DNA of 64,000 nt from Malacoraja senta. Taxonomy: Eukaryota. Below are positions 38,605 through 50,820 of the stretch, one piece after another; within the stretch, counting starts at the first letter, position 1; each line of letters opens with the position of its first letter. The position numbers and the translations under genes are program-made. The notes below the pieces were generated by a model. It was not told where the DNA came from, searched no databases, and saw only the letters and a list, made by a program, of their open reading frames with translations. Location: NCBI GenBank assembly GCA_038087875.1, contig CM075988.1:20834001-20898000 (forward strand), in the 5' to 3' direction.

Positions 38605-39975
38605 AACCCGACTTCGGAGCCTCGGAGGCTCGGCCGCGGGCCCAGTGGACTCGGCCGCGGACCCAGTGGACGACATCTTCGGGAGCTCGCAGGTCCCAGG
38701 TTGGTGACCGGTTCTCCGGAGCTCCCGCAACGACAGCTTCGTCCGCTGGACTGGAGGGTGGCAGCTTCGGCAGCTTCGACCGCCCCGGGCTGCGGACTCT
38801 GAACCGGCACGTTCGCGGAGCTCGGATTCGGCCTCTGGACTTACCATCGCCCGGCGGGGTCCCAACATCGGAAGCCTGGATCGCCTCAACGCAGAGGGAG
38901 AACAAGGAGGGAAGAGACAAGGATAGGCTGGGTGAGTGGGCAAATGTTTGGCAGATGTAGTATAATGTGGATAAATGTGAGGTTATCCATTTTGGTGGCA
39001 AAAACAGGAAAGCAGACTATTATCTAAATGGTGGCCGACTAGGAAAAGGGGAGATGCAGCGAGACCTGGGTGTCATGGTACACCAGTCATTGAAAGTAGG
39101 CATGCAGGTGCAGCAGGCAGTGAAGAAAGCGAATGGTATGTTAGCTTTCATAGCAAAAGGATTTGAGTATAGGAGCAGGGAGGTTCTACTGCAGTTGTAC
39201 AGGGTCTTGGTGAGACCACACCTGGAGTATTGCGTACAGTTTTGGTCTCCAAATCTGAGGAAGGACATTATTGCCATAGAGGGAGTGCAGAGAAGGTTCA
39301 CCAGACTGATTCCTGGGATGTCAGGACTGTCTTATGAAGAAAGACTGGATAGACTTGGTTTATACTCTCTAGAATTTAGGAGATTGAGAGGGGATCTTAT
39401 AGAAACTTACAAAATTCTTAAGGGGTTGGACAGGCTAGATGCAGGAAGATTGCTCCCGATGTTGGGGAAGTCCAGGACAAGGGGTCACAGCTTAAGGATA
39501 AGGGGGAAATCCTTTAAAACCGAGATGAGAAGAACTTTTTTCACACAGAGAGTGGTGAATCTCTGGAACTCTCTGCCACAGAGGGTAGTCAAGGCCAGTT
39601 CATTGGCTATATTTAAGAGGGAGATAGATGTGGCCCTTGTGGCTAAAGGGATCAGAGGGTATGGAGAGAAGGCAGGTACGGGATACTGAGTTGGATGATC
39701 AGCCATGATCATATTGAATGGCGGTGCAGGCTCGAAGGGCCGAATGGCCTACTCCTGCACCTAATTTCTATGTTTCTATGTTTCTATTAAGATTTTTGCC
39801 TTCCATCGCAGTGAGGAGGTGCCTGGTAGACTCACTGTGGTGGATGTTAGACTGTGTTAACTGTGTGTTTTGTTATTTTATTCTATGTTATGACTGCAAG
39901 GTATGTAATTTCGTTCAGACTGAAATGTCTGAATGACAACAAAGGATACTTTACTTTTTACTTTACTGTACTTTA
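38605..39975 (+). mobile_element. GC-rich non-autonomous retroposon split by a CR1 insertion
   Basis: CpG-rich body 38605-38921 (21-bp duplication 38629-38670) resumes at 39788; hairpin 39802-39844; 3' stem-loop gttcagac-tgaaat-gtctgaat-gacaa and (tactt)n tail; 5' boundary uncertain. Confidence 0.6.
38922..39787 (+). mobile_element. CR1/HER1-like LINE, 5'-truncated young copy (ORF2 C-terminal 240 aa open)
   Basis: ORF 38967-39689 KCEVIHFG...RDLGV...LVRPHLEYCVQFWSP...GYGEKAGTGY*; (tatgtttc)n tail. Confidence 0.95.
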
Positions 39976-41856
39976 TTAATCAACCAGCACATCTTTGGGA
40001 TATGGGAGGACCCAGGGGAAACATGCTCAGTCAGGGAGAATGTGCAGATTCCGTACAAACAACAGCAGAGTTCAGGATTGATCTCGGGTTTCTGGTGCTG
40101 CAATGTCACGGCATCACCACGTGCAACATCTGTGAAAACCTTTAGTGTAAGATATAATTGTCACATGTACCGAGGTTCAGTGAAAAGCTTTTTGTTGCGT
40201 GCTATCCAGTCAGCGAAAAGACTGTAGATGAGTACAATCAAGTTGTACATGGTGTGCAGTTACATGATCAACGGTATAACATTTAGTGCAAGAGAAAGTC
40301 TGATTAAGGATAGCTTGAAGGTCTCCAATGAGGTAAGTGGGAGGTTAGGCGCAGGACCGTACTCTAATCGGTGAGAGGACGGTTCGGTTGCCCAATAACA
40401 GCTGGGGAGAAACTGTCCCTGAATCTGAAATGAGAAACTGAGTTGACATATGGATGACCCCCCCCCCCCCCACCTCCCTCACCACCAATTGAGGATGTCG
40501 GGAAATTAGGTCAAAGGGATTGAATCCAGTGAGATTGGTGCCATGGAGGCTAGCATTGAATCGATGGGCCGCATGGCATCCTCTACATTGCAATGGACAT
40601 AACTGGATTTCAGAATTCTGGGAAGTAAAAATATGTTTCACAGGCTCCTAAGAAGCAGCACTCGGCCCGTTTCACAGGTAGTTTCCCCCCCCCACCCACC
40701 AGCTTCACGACTTGCTGTCGGTTCTCACCAGCCTTTGTGTCAATGATTCTGGTTTAATTTCTCAGTAAGTCAAGAGTGTTCAATTGTTATATTTACTGTT
40801 TGTGGAATAATGAAATCTGTATGTTTAGTTTAGAGATGCAACGTGGAAACAGGCCCTTTGGCCCACCGAGTCCGCTCCGACCAGCAGGCATCCCGTACAC
40901 TATCCCACACACATTGGGGATAATTTACATTTATACCAAGCCAAGTAACCTCCTAACCTGATCGCTGGTTGGCGTGGACTCGGTGGACCAAAGGGCCTGT
41001 TTCCACGCTGCATCTCTAAACTATCTAAACTAAACTAAACTAATCTCTGCAAACCTTTCCTGTCCATGTACCTGTCCAAGTGTCTTTAAATGCTGGTCTC
41101 CCTCTGAATTGTACTGCAGGACCAGTTTTTAAAAGCTGGTCTCCCTCTGAATTGTACTGCAGGACCAGCCTAGACATTGTTGCCAAGGTGGGACTTGAAC
41201 TCACAACCTCAGAGTTAAGAAGGTTACCTGCTGAATCCAGCCCACGCGACAGGCAGCCAAATCTCTTCCGACTTTGCCGATGTCAAACACAGACCAGGTT
41301 TCGCTTGCGTTTGACTTATTGAGCACAGAGTCTGGCAGCAGTTCAGAACAATTTGTAAATTGAAAGGTTCCACATATAAATCTCTCCAGCCACAGAGCTG
41401 ATCACAGTAAAATAAGAGTTCAGTGGCCAGAGACCGGATTACAGAGCACCGCATTTTTGTCAGCCGAGTGATTCAATTTCAGTTGAAAATGAGAAAATAA
41501 ATAAATCATGGAGTTATTCAAAGTCTGCGGTTTTCCTTCTGCAGCCTCCATCAATGCTAAAAAGGCACAGTCAAATTTGACCAAATGCTAAGCACAGCTT
41601 CATGCCTTGCCTGCTGGGCAAGTACCGCAGAAGGTTGCAGCAGCATCTCCATCAGTTGGCCAGGTGGGCTGAGGTATGATTGATGGAGTTTAATACAGAG
41701 AAGTGCGAGGTGTTACATTTTGAGGTGTCACAAAGGTGTTACCTTTGAGTAAAAAAGTTACCCCTCAGGCACCTATTAAAATTTCCCCCCTCAACTTAAA
41801 CCTATGTCCTCTTTCTTTACTCTCATTCTGCGATACCTGAGGGGTAACTTTTTTAC

Positions 41857-42056
41857 NNNNNNNNNNNNNNNNNNNNNNNNNNNNNNNNNNNNNNNNNNNN
41901 NNNNNNNNNNNNNNNNNNNNNNNNNNNNNNNNNNNNNNNNNNNNNNNNNNNNNNNNNNNNNNNNNNNNNNNNNNNNNNNNNNNNNNNNNNNNNNNNNNNN
42001 NNNNNNNNNNNNNNNNNNNNNNNNNNNNNNNNNNNNNNNNNNNNNNNNNNNNNNNN
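41857..42056. other. Assembly gap, 200 N
   Basis: Run of exactly 200 N. Confidence 1.
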
Positions 42057-42819
42057 CTCCTGTACCTCTTCACCAGTTGGAGTGAAATGAGATTGTGGGC
42101 AAGGGTGGTGTGGGCCATTGATGATGCTGGCTGCCTCATTGAGGCAGCACATCCTATAGATCCCTTTGTTGGTGGGGAGGTCAGTACTCGTGACGGGCCG
42201 GGCAGTGTCTACCACTCTCTTTGGAGGCAATGTGAAACATGAAGAGGATGGAAATTGTCCGTGGAAGGGCAGAGATTTTTTTTGGAATGAGCAGATAATG
42301 AAACCTAATGCTGAAATATGTGAATGATTACATTTTGTTAGGATGAATGACTAGAACCAATGTAAACTTGAAGCCACAGTTGTAAGTGGGGTACATGGAC
42401 AGAGCGATCTGGTTTTGTTTTTTTAAGAGCCAGGGCAGGTTAAGAAAGTGGTTAAAAAGCACACTGCGTCCCGTGGTTTACTTTGGTCAGTGCCAAGTCC
42501 GTATTATATAAAGGTTCTTTGTACTTTTGCTGCTCACGCTCTGTGTCTCTGTTTATACTGCAGGAAAGCTGTGATGAGCCTTTATACAACATTAGTTCAG
42601 CCAGACCACAGTACGGTGTCCAGTTCTGTCACAATGCTTTAGGAAAGATGTATAAAGGCTTGGCACAGGGTGCAGAAGAGGTTTACTAAAATAGTTCTGA
42701 GGAACAAGGGTTTAGTTTTGTGTATAGATCGGAGATGCTGGTGATATTCACCTTGGAACGGAGGAGATTACAAGGAGATCTCAAAGAGACATTTAGAAAC
42801 AGCGAGGGATAAGTGAAGA

Positions 42820-43315
42820 CACTGCAGATGCTGGAACCTTGGGCAAACCACAAAGTGTTGGATTAACTCAGCGGGTCAGGTAGGCAGGCAGCAACTGTGA
42901 AGGGAATGGATAGGTGGCGTTTCAGGTCAGGTCCCTTCTTCAGATTGGATGTAGTGTGGGAGAGAAAGGAGGAAAAGCAGTGGGGGTGGGACAAAGCCTG
43001 GCAAATGAGGTGGGCAGAGGTGACTGGGCTTAGATCGGCAGATGGGCGGAGTAAGTGATAGTTAGAGATGTAAAGGAGGCAAAAGGGCGTCAGATACGGA
43101 GAGAAGAGGAGTGAAATGTAAAGCCAGGGGGAGGGATACAGTTGGGTGAGGAAGGGGTGAGACTGGGGGGTGGGGAGGGGGGGGGAGAAGAAGGGCGGGA
43201 TAGTAGGAGAAATGGGTGCACACCAGGGTAGGGGCACAACAAAATGGGGAGAGGGAAGGGGGATGTTATTTAAAATTGGAGAATTCAATGGTCATATCTT
43301 TGGGTTGTTGGGTTG
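42820..43315 (-). mobile_element. PLE 3' fragment
   Basis: pLTR (cagatgctgg...ttcttcaga), G-rich segment and degraded endonuclease-end remnant aaaattggagaattcaat. Confidence 0.75.
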
Positions 43316-43324
43316 GGTAGAACG

Positions 43325-43790
<466 letters not shown>

Positions 43791-44045
43791 CTATCCTCAT
43801 TAATAGGGGGACAAGAACTAAAGGAGATAGAATAAAGGAGAGGCAACAGGATCAAAGTGACTTAGAGAATTAATTTTCAGACAACAGTTGTTTAGTGTTT
43901 GGAACGTACTACATTAGGTGGAGGAAGCAGGTTCAATTGTAGAGTTGAAGTAGGAGCTGAAGGAAGAAGTGTTGAACGAAGAAGATCTTAAAGAAAGAAC
44001 TGTTCAGGTCGAGGGGATAAGGGCGAGTGAGGGGGGTTGAGCTCA

Positions 44046-44349
44046 TAGTTTAGTTTAGAGATACAGCACGGAAACTGGCCCTTCGGCCCACCGAGTCCGC
44101 ACTGACCAGCGATCCCCGCACACTAACACTTTCCGACACACACGAGGGACAATTTGCAATTATACCAAGCCAATTAACCTACAAACCTGTACGTCTTTGG
44201 AGTGCGGGAGGAAACCGGAGCACCCGGAGAAAACCCACGCAGGTCACGGGGAGAACGTACAAACTCCGTACAGACAGCGCCCGTAGTCAGGATCGAACCC
44301 GGGTCTCCGGCTCTGTAAGGCAGCAACTCTACCGCTGCGCCACCGTGCC
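44046..44349 (-). mobile_element. HE1-like V-SINE, well preserved full length
   Basis: ggcacggtggcgcagcggtagagttgctgcc...gggttcgatcc, V-domain, CR1-type tail. Confidence 0.95.
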
Positions 44350-45471
44350 GACTTTGCTGAACCAACTATGTTCTCAAAGGCCATGTGGGCTCCTTCTGTG
44401 CTGCAACCATTCTGTGATTGCGCAGAGGAATCGCTCTTCTTACCGCTTGCATCATCATTTTCCATTACCCTAAATATACTGGGATTCGTCCAGAAATCTT
44501 CGGTTCCAACAAAAAAATTGTGTCAACCTCAATATGTGGAACAGTCATAAATAATAAGAAATATGGGCACTGAGCAGATGAGTGGCTGTTTCTTATCAAA
44601 GACCTGCCATAATAATTGTGAAATCCTTTGCAAGAATTCCAGAATATTGAAGAGCGATTCCTGCTTAAAGATCCTTTTATGGAGGTCTTTTCCCTATCAT
44701 GTTTTTTTAAGCGCTTACAGAGTTTTGATTATATGTTCCATCTATGTTTTAATCCCCACTTTGAGCTCATGATTTCATCATGACTACAAGATCGCTAATG
44801 TTTCAAAATGACTTAAGTGCCCAACTATTATCCACAGCAATAGTTCCAACTGATAATTCGGCTTACACACCTATTTACTTCCAGAGACCCGCCCAACTTC
44901 GTCTACCTTCATAAAGTCTTTGCCTTTGCGAAGAAAATGGATGAAGGTTTGTTAAAATTACGCAGACATCACGAAGAGAGACTGGGAACGGGCTGAGGTT
45001 TATTTAATTGCCTGAGATTAGCAGCAAGATAAATCAGCCCATTCCTAGAAGGAACCTTGATGAGGTTCCAAGAAGCGACGATACCAAAGATTAAACAACT
45101 TTCCCCTTCATCAGCGCAGAGCCATATGCCAAGGGTGTCAGAAATCCAAAATAAGATTTCAGATATAGTCTCATACATTGGGGGAAAGAATGTAGGCAAA
45201 CTAAAACTGGAGCTGGGGCTAAATCGAGAACAAAATAGAGACGAAATGCGTATGAGTGATACCAGGTTGTTACTACAGTGTATATGAGAACCTGGCTTAT
45301 TACAGGAAGTTCAGGCAGGCAATAAAAATTAAAAAAAATAATGGGGGGCAGGGAGGAAGCATGAGAACAGTTTACAGCAAATAGGAAAGGCGATCCAAAA
45401 ATACTCGGAAAGCATATGATAGGAAAAATGCTGCCGGGGAGGAGAGGCGCCAATCAGGAGTTGCATCTAAG

Positions 45472-45782
45472 GTTTAGTTTAGTTTAGTTTAGAGATATGG
45501 CACAGAAACAGGACCTTCACCCACCGAGTCCGCGCCGACCAGCGATCTCCGTGCACTGACACTATCCTTGCACCCTAAGGACAATTTACAATTTTACCAA
45601 GCCAATTAATCCGCAAACCTGTATGTCTTTGGAGTGTAGGTGGAAATCGGAGCTCCCGGAGAAAACCCACGCAGGTCACGGGGAGAATGTACAAACTCCG
45701 TGCCGACAGCACCCGTAGTGAGGTTCGTACCCGGATCTCCGGCGCTGTAAGGCAGCAACTCCTACCGCTGTGCCACCGTGCC
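45472..45782 (-). mobile_element. HE1-like V-SINE
   Basis: Full length. Confidence 0.9.
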
Positions 45783-46060
45783 GCAGTTCCAAATGAGAAC
45801 TCAGCACCAAGGAAGATGATGGTGCCACAGGTTTCACCGAAGGGAGCTTTCCATGGTAGAGATTCTGGATGGGTTAAAAAAATGATAAAGAGAAGGAATT
45901 AGAAAGGCCAGCTGCAATTAAAGTGGATAAACCATCGGTCCAAATGGAATTATTTCCAATTGCTGAGGAAAGTAAGGGAAAAGCCCCAGTTTTAATCTCC
46001 CAAATATCAATAGATTGCAAATGGTTCACATTTGTTCAAAAATAAATTAGGGATGGACCT

Positions 46061-46281
46061 GTTTAAAAAAGAACTGCAGATGCTGGAAAAATCGAAGGTA
46101 GTCACAAATGCTGGAGAAACTCAGCGGGTGAGGCAGCATCTATGGAGCGAAGGAATAGGCGATGTTTCAGGTCGAGACCCTTCTTCAGACTGATGAAGGG
46201 TCTCGACCCGAAACGTCACCTATTCCTTCGCTCCATAGATGCTGCCTCACCTGCTGAGTTTCTCCAGCATTTTTGTCTACC
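46061..46281. mobile_element. Palindromic PLE-derived element
   Basis: About 90-bp inverted arms; 13-bp TSD tagggatg(g/a)acct at 46048-46060 and 46282-46294. Confidence 0.85.
46188..46219 (+). ncRNA. Minimal type-I hammerhead ribozyme motif (PLE-type)
   Basis: CUGAUGA (46190-46196), extra A, stem II GGGUC/UC/GACCC, GAAA, palindromic ACGU stem III, GUC site at 46217; stem I weak. Confidence 0.6.
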
Positions 46282-46999
46282 TAGGGATGAACCTAGTAAT
46301 CATAGCCTTATTAGCTTTTACCACAGTGGTAATACAAAAACTTATAGAAACACGGATAGCAGTCAGTTAGGCAACTGGGATATTTAAAGTAATCAAGACT
46401 GAGCATGTGGAATACAAGGGGTAGTACCTTGAGTCTTGGCATTTAAGAGGCTTTCAGATTTGCACATGGATATGCAAGGAATGGAGAGGTATGGATCACA
46501 TGCAGGTTGATGAGATTAGTTTATCTTAGAATTGTGGTGGGGTTGTGGCCCGAAGGGCCTATTCCTGTGCTGTACTGTTCTATGTGTAGGAAGGAACTAC
46601 AGATGCCGGTGTACACCAAAGATAGACACAAAATGCTGGAGTAACTCAGTGGGTCAGGCAGCATCTCTGGAGCGAAGGAAAAGCATCAAAACCCTTCTTC
46701 TTCAGAAGTACTGAAGAAAAGTCTCGAACCTATTCCTTTCCTCCAGAGATGCTGCCTGTCTCGCTGGGCCGCTCCAGCATTGTATGTCTATCTTCTATAC
46801 TGTTTTGCGTTCTATGTTCTACATGGACAGGAAATTGATTAAATAACGGAAAGTAGAGATTAGTAGTGAAAGTTAGTTTCAGGCAGGAGATAAGTACTGT
46901 AGGTTGTGCTGTTCCCTAGAGATCAGTGTTGGGACCACCACTTTTCTCACTATTTATTATTGATTTTGACTTGGATGTTTGGTGAACGTTTTTTTTTTA

Positions 47000-47620
47000 A
47001 ATTATTGATGACGGGGAACATCAAGGTGCAGTGAACTATGAGGATAATAGTCATCGATATCAAGGAGAAAGATGGATGCTGGTTGAATGAATGGGAGCGG
47101 GGAGGGTGATGAGATTTAATGCAGAAATATCTGATGCAGCGGGGAGAATGGAACAAGACACGATAAGAAGTACAAGAACAGAGAAATTCAGGGGTATGTG
47201 TGCATGCTCGGTTCATTGAAAGCGGCTGGTTGGGTTGAGATAATGGCTCAATAGAATAGTGGAATATAAGATTTATAAAGCCATCAAGAACAAGAACAAG
47301 AAAGTTATGTTGAGTACTTATAAATTATCCGTTCAGGCTTACGTCCAGTTCTGGGCACCTCATTTTAGAAACAAATCTGAAGGGTTTAGATACAGTGCAG
47401 AAGAGATTTACCAAAGTAATTTCAGGGATGAAAGAATTTTTCCACTGTCTTTAGAAACAGATCAGTTGTGAGGAGATCTGACAGAAGTGTTTAAAATGTT
47501 GACGAGTATAGACAGCGGATAACAAAATGTTGTTAGGGTCAAGATCTAGGGGACATAGAATGAAGCATAAGAACAACAAACGAATAAAGAAATCTTGCTT
47601 TACCAAGGGTTTTGCATTAG
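47000..47620 (+). mobile_element. Old CR1-like LINE fragment
   Basis: Degraded ...VMLSTYKL...YVQFWAPHFR... and tctaggggacataga (RGH) motifs. Confidence 0.65.
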
Positions 47621-47631
47621 AAGGAATGCAT

Positions 47632-48143
47632 GCCGAAGATTGACACAGAATGTTGGAGTAACCCAGTGGGACAGGCAGCATCTCTGGAGAGGAGGAATGA
47701 GTGATGTTTCGGGTCGGGACCCTTCTTCGGACTGATGTCAGGGGAGAGGGAGATACATAGATAAGGAACTGTAAGGTGTGAAAACAGGACAAAGGGAATG
47801 GTGATCAATGAAAATGTAGAATAGATCATTGTTAGCTGGGAGAAGGTAACAACAAAGCAAACTGAGATAAAATGTGGTCGGAGACAGTCAGACCGGTCGG
47901 AGAACTGGGGAGGGGGAGGGATGGAGAGAGGGAAAGTTACTTGAAGTTAGAGAAGTCAATGTTCATACCGCTGGGGTGTAAGCTGCCCAAGCGAAATATG
48001 AGGTGCTGTTCCTTCAATTAGGAACGAAATTTCGTTCAGACCGAAAGGTCTGAATGACAAATAAAGGAATCTCTAATCTCTAATCTCTCTCTAAATTTGC
48101 ACTGGACCTCACTCTGACAATGGAGGAGGCCCAGGACAGAAAG
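47632..48143 (-). mobile_element. PLE 3' part (GIY-YIG C-terminus + pLTR) with a 74-bp insertion
   Basis: Minus strand LSVLGLLHCQSE...K/LKEQHLIFRLGSLHPSGMNIDFSNFK*; insert 48020-48093 with AATT duplication. Confidence 0.85.
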
Positions 48144-48678
48144 TACTTGTACAGAACTGTGTATAAAAATGAATTTCACTGTACGGCGGTACATGTGACA
48201 ATAAAGTACCATCGTACTATTGTACCATAGTATTCAGAAATGCCTCAGTAATATTTGTATCATGAATGGGTCAGACAGTGAACTATTGAGAACTGAAGTA
48301 ATGAGCTGATTTTGATGATTACTTGTGAAAGATATATGCTTGCATCATTGCCAGGATTGGGTGCTTTATTTAAACCACATGTGAATTTTGCGTTAGGTTT
48401 GGAGAATTATTTTGAAAACCATAATGGGACTCCATAAATAAGAGTGGCAATGCATAAATTTACTCATATCAAAGACAAGTTAGTTCATGACAAGGGCAGG
48501 CAATGTAATCAGTAAGGATTATCCGAGGAGGGGGATAATTTCTTGACTTGTTAATTAGGAGTGCTGAGGTATGAAAGATGGAGAATATTTTGAATATTTA
48601 AAATGGAAGAAAGGTATCGTCCAAACCTGTAGCTGTTGAAGATGTATCCAGATTACCTGACAGTACTAATTCCCAATA

Positions 48679-49352
48679 TGGACACAAAATGCTGGAGTAA
48701 AGGGCCTGTCCCACTGTACGAGGTAATTCAAGAGCTCTCCCGAGTTTTAAAAAAATCAAACTCGTGGCAAGTACGTAGAATGTACGTAGCGACTACGTTG
48801 GAGCTCGTGGATGTCTCGTAGCGGCTCGTAATGCTAACGGCAGGTACTCGGGAAACGCGGTAACTCGTGAAGTTTTTTCAGCACTGTGAAAAATGTCCAC
48901 GAGAGCCCCGAGCACCTACGAATGGCTATTACCGTAATTTTCCGAGTTCGAATCAGGGGAAACTCGGGAGAACTCTTGAATTACCTATTACAGTGGGACA
49001 GGCCCTTAACTCTGCGGGTCAGGGAGCAACTCGATAGAAAAGGAATTGGTGATCTTTCATCCCGAGACCCTTCTTCAGACTGAGAGTCAGGGGAGAGGGA
49101 AACTAGACGTATGGAAAGGTATAGAACAAATCAGAGCAGGCACTGATGACCAAAGAGCCCACAATGGTCCATTGTTGGCTGTGGAGGAGGTGATAACAAG
49201 GGGCTGCGAGCAGTAAAACAAGCAGGACGACAAGGGTTGGGGAGGGACAGAGAGATGGAATGCAAGAGTTACTTGAAATTAGAGAAATCAATACTCATAC
49301 CGCTGGGTTGTAAGCTGTCCAAGCGAAATATGAGGTGCTGTTCCACCAATTT
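48679..49352 (-). mobile_element. PLE 3' part interrupted by a MITE
   Basis: EQHLIFRLDSLQPSGMSIDFSNFK* on the minus strand at about 49270-49345; pLTR split at gagtaa/taactc. Confidence 0.8.
48701..49006. mobile_element. MITE family B, second copy
   Basis: TIR agggcctgtcccactgtacgaggtaattcaagag; perfect TAA TSD inside the PLE; collinear with 17592-17907. Confidence 0.9.
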
Positions 49353-49750
49353 GTTTGTGTGCCCTCACTCTGGCATGCCTTCTGACATGAATTCCCAACA
49401 TGTCTGTTTGTTTCACAGAGTACCTCAACATTCACAGAGCACTGTACTGTTGTCCATCTGTTTGTTTCGATGAATTGGTAATTTGCCATTAAAAAAGCAT
49501 AAAATATTGAGATTTACTCCAACTCAATCAACATCTCAAAGAGAAAGATGGATTTGCACAGCAGAAGATCTTACATCAGAACTAGGTGTAGTTAGATACA
49601 ACTAGAACATATAGAATTGGCACAACTTTTGTCTCTCAAATCTAAATTACTTCCTGATGACCATGAATCAATCCGTTGCAAAACATAATTGTTGCAAATT
49701 GCGACAATACCCAGGTTGATTTTGGATGTGCTAGTCTTGTAGTAGAGTAA

Positions 49751-49978
49751 AGGGCCTGTCCCACTTGGGCGTCATTTGCGTGTCATTTACGCGACATCAT
49801 TTACGCGTCACGACGCACGCCGCACGCGTTGTGACGTGCACGTGATTTGCACATGGCGTGCATTACGCGCGCGTGGTGCGTGGTGACGTAGGCAGTGACG
49901 CGCGGTCACGCGCGCCGCCCCAGGATTTCGGGATTCACAAAATCTTCACGCGCCCCCTGCGCAAGTGGGACAGGCCCT
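49751..49978. mobile_element. MITE family A, second copy
   Basis: Same TIR and CpG-rich interior as 16900-17101; right TIR shortened; TSD not conserved. Confidence 0.85.
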
Positions 49979-50820
49979 TTGGAGTGTGGAAATAAAGGCC
50001 TGCAGATGCTGTTTAATACACAGGAGGACACAAAGCGCTGAAGTAACTCAGCAGGTCAGGCAGCATCTCTGGAGAAGATGGATAGGAGAAGTTTCTAGTC
50101 GAGACCCCTCTACAAACTGTCCTTCCGTATCTTTCTTTGTGGTGGAGATATGATACTGAAATGGCCGAAACATTTGGGACATAAAGAATAAAATGAGGTG
50201 GACACAAAATGCTGGAGTAACTCAGCGGGACAGGCAGCATCTCTGGAGAGAAGGAATGGGTGACATTTTGGGTCGAGACCCTTCTTCAGACTAAAAATGT
50301 CTTCTTCTAAAAGACCTTCTTCAGAATAAAATGTGGTTCTACTTCTATCTTGTGGTGTACCGAAACTCAGAGGTAAAACCAAAGTGGTAAACCTCCAGCT
50401 GTGCACTGCAGAAAGTGCCAGGAATTCATGTTAGAAGCCAAAGACTCAAACAAGCATACACTCCAGCTGCCAAACTTCTGATAAATGTTCCCTCCAGTAG
50501 ACAGAACTCCATGCCCAGTCCACAAAGACGATTGCTTCCACAAAGCCAAAACCATCTCACTCTCAAACATGGACACCTTATGTTATTGATTTCATAAGAG
50601 TTATAATTCCATTCAACCACTATTGATTAATAATATTATATTATCAATTTAATGTGACTATTGATTAGTTTAATTTAGTTTAGAGCTACTTCACGGAACC
50701 AGGCCCTTCGGCCCATCAAGTCCACACCGACCAGCGATCTCCGTGCACCAAGAGATTAATAGTGTCACTGCATTAATTAATTAATGGTCTTAATTATTGC
50801 AAGGCAGCACAGTGGCACAA

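Noticed and set aside
38355..39001. Several overlapping 150-200-aa ORFs
   Set aside because: Open frames on both strands of a GC-rich repeat, no recognisable domain
41765..42230. ORFs spanning X runs
   Set aside because: Artefacts of the N gap joining CR1 and Rex1 fragments
44885..44946. Possible 62-nt exon DPPNFVYLHKVFAFAKKMDE
   Set aside because: Plausible AG/GT only; no homology recognised
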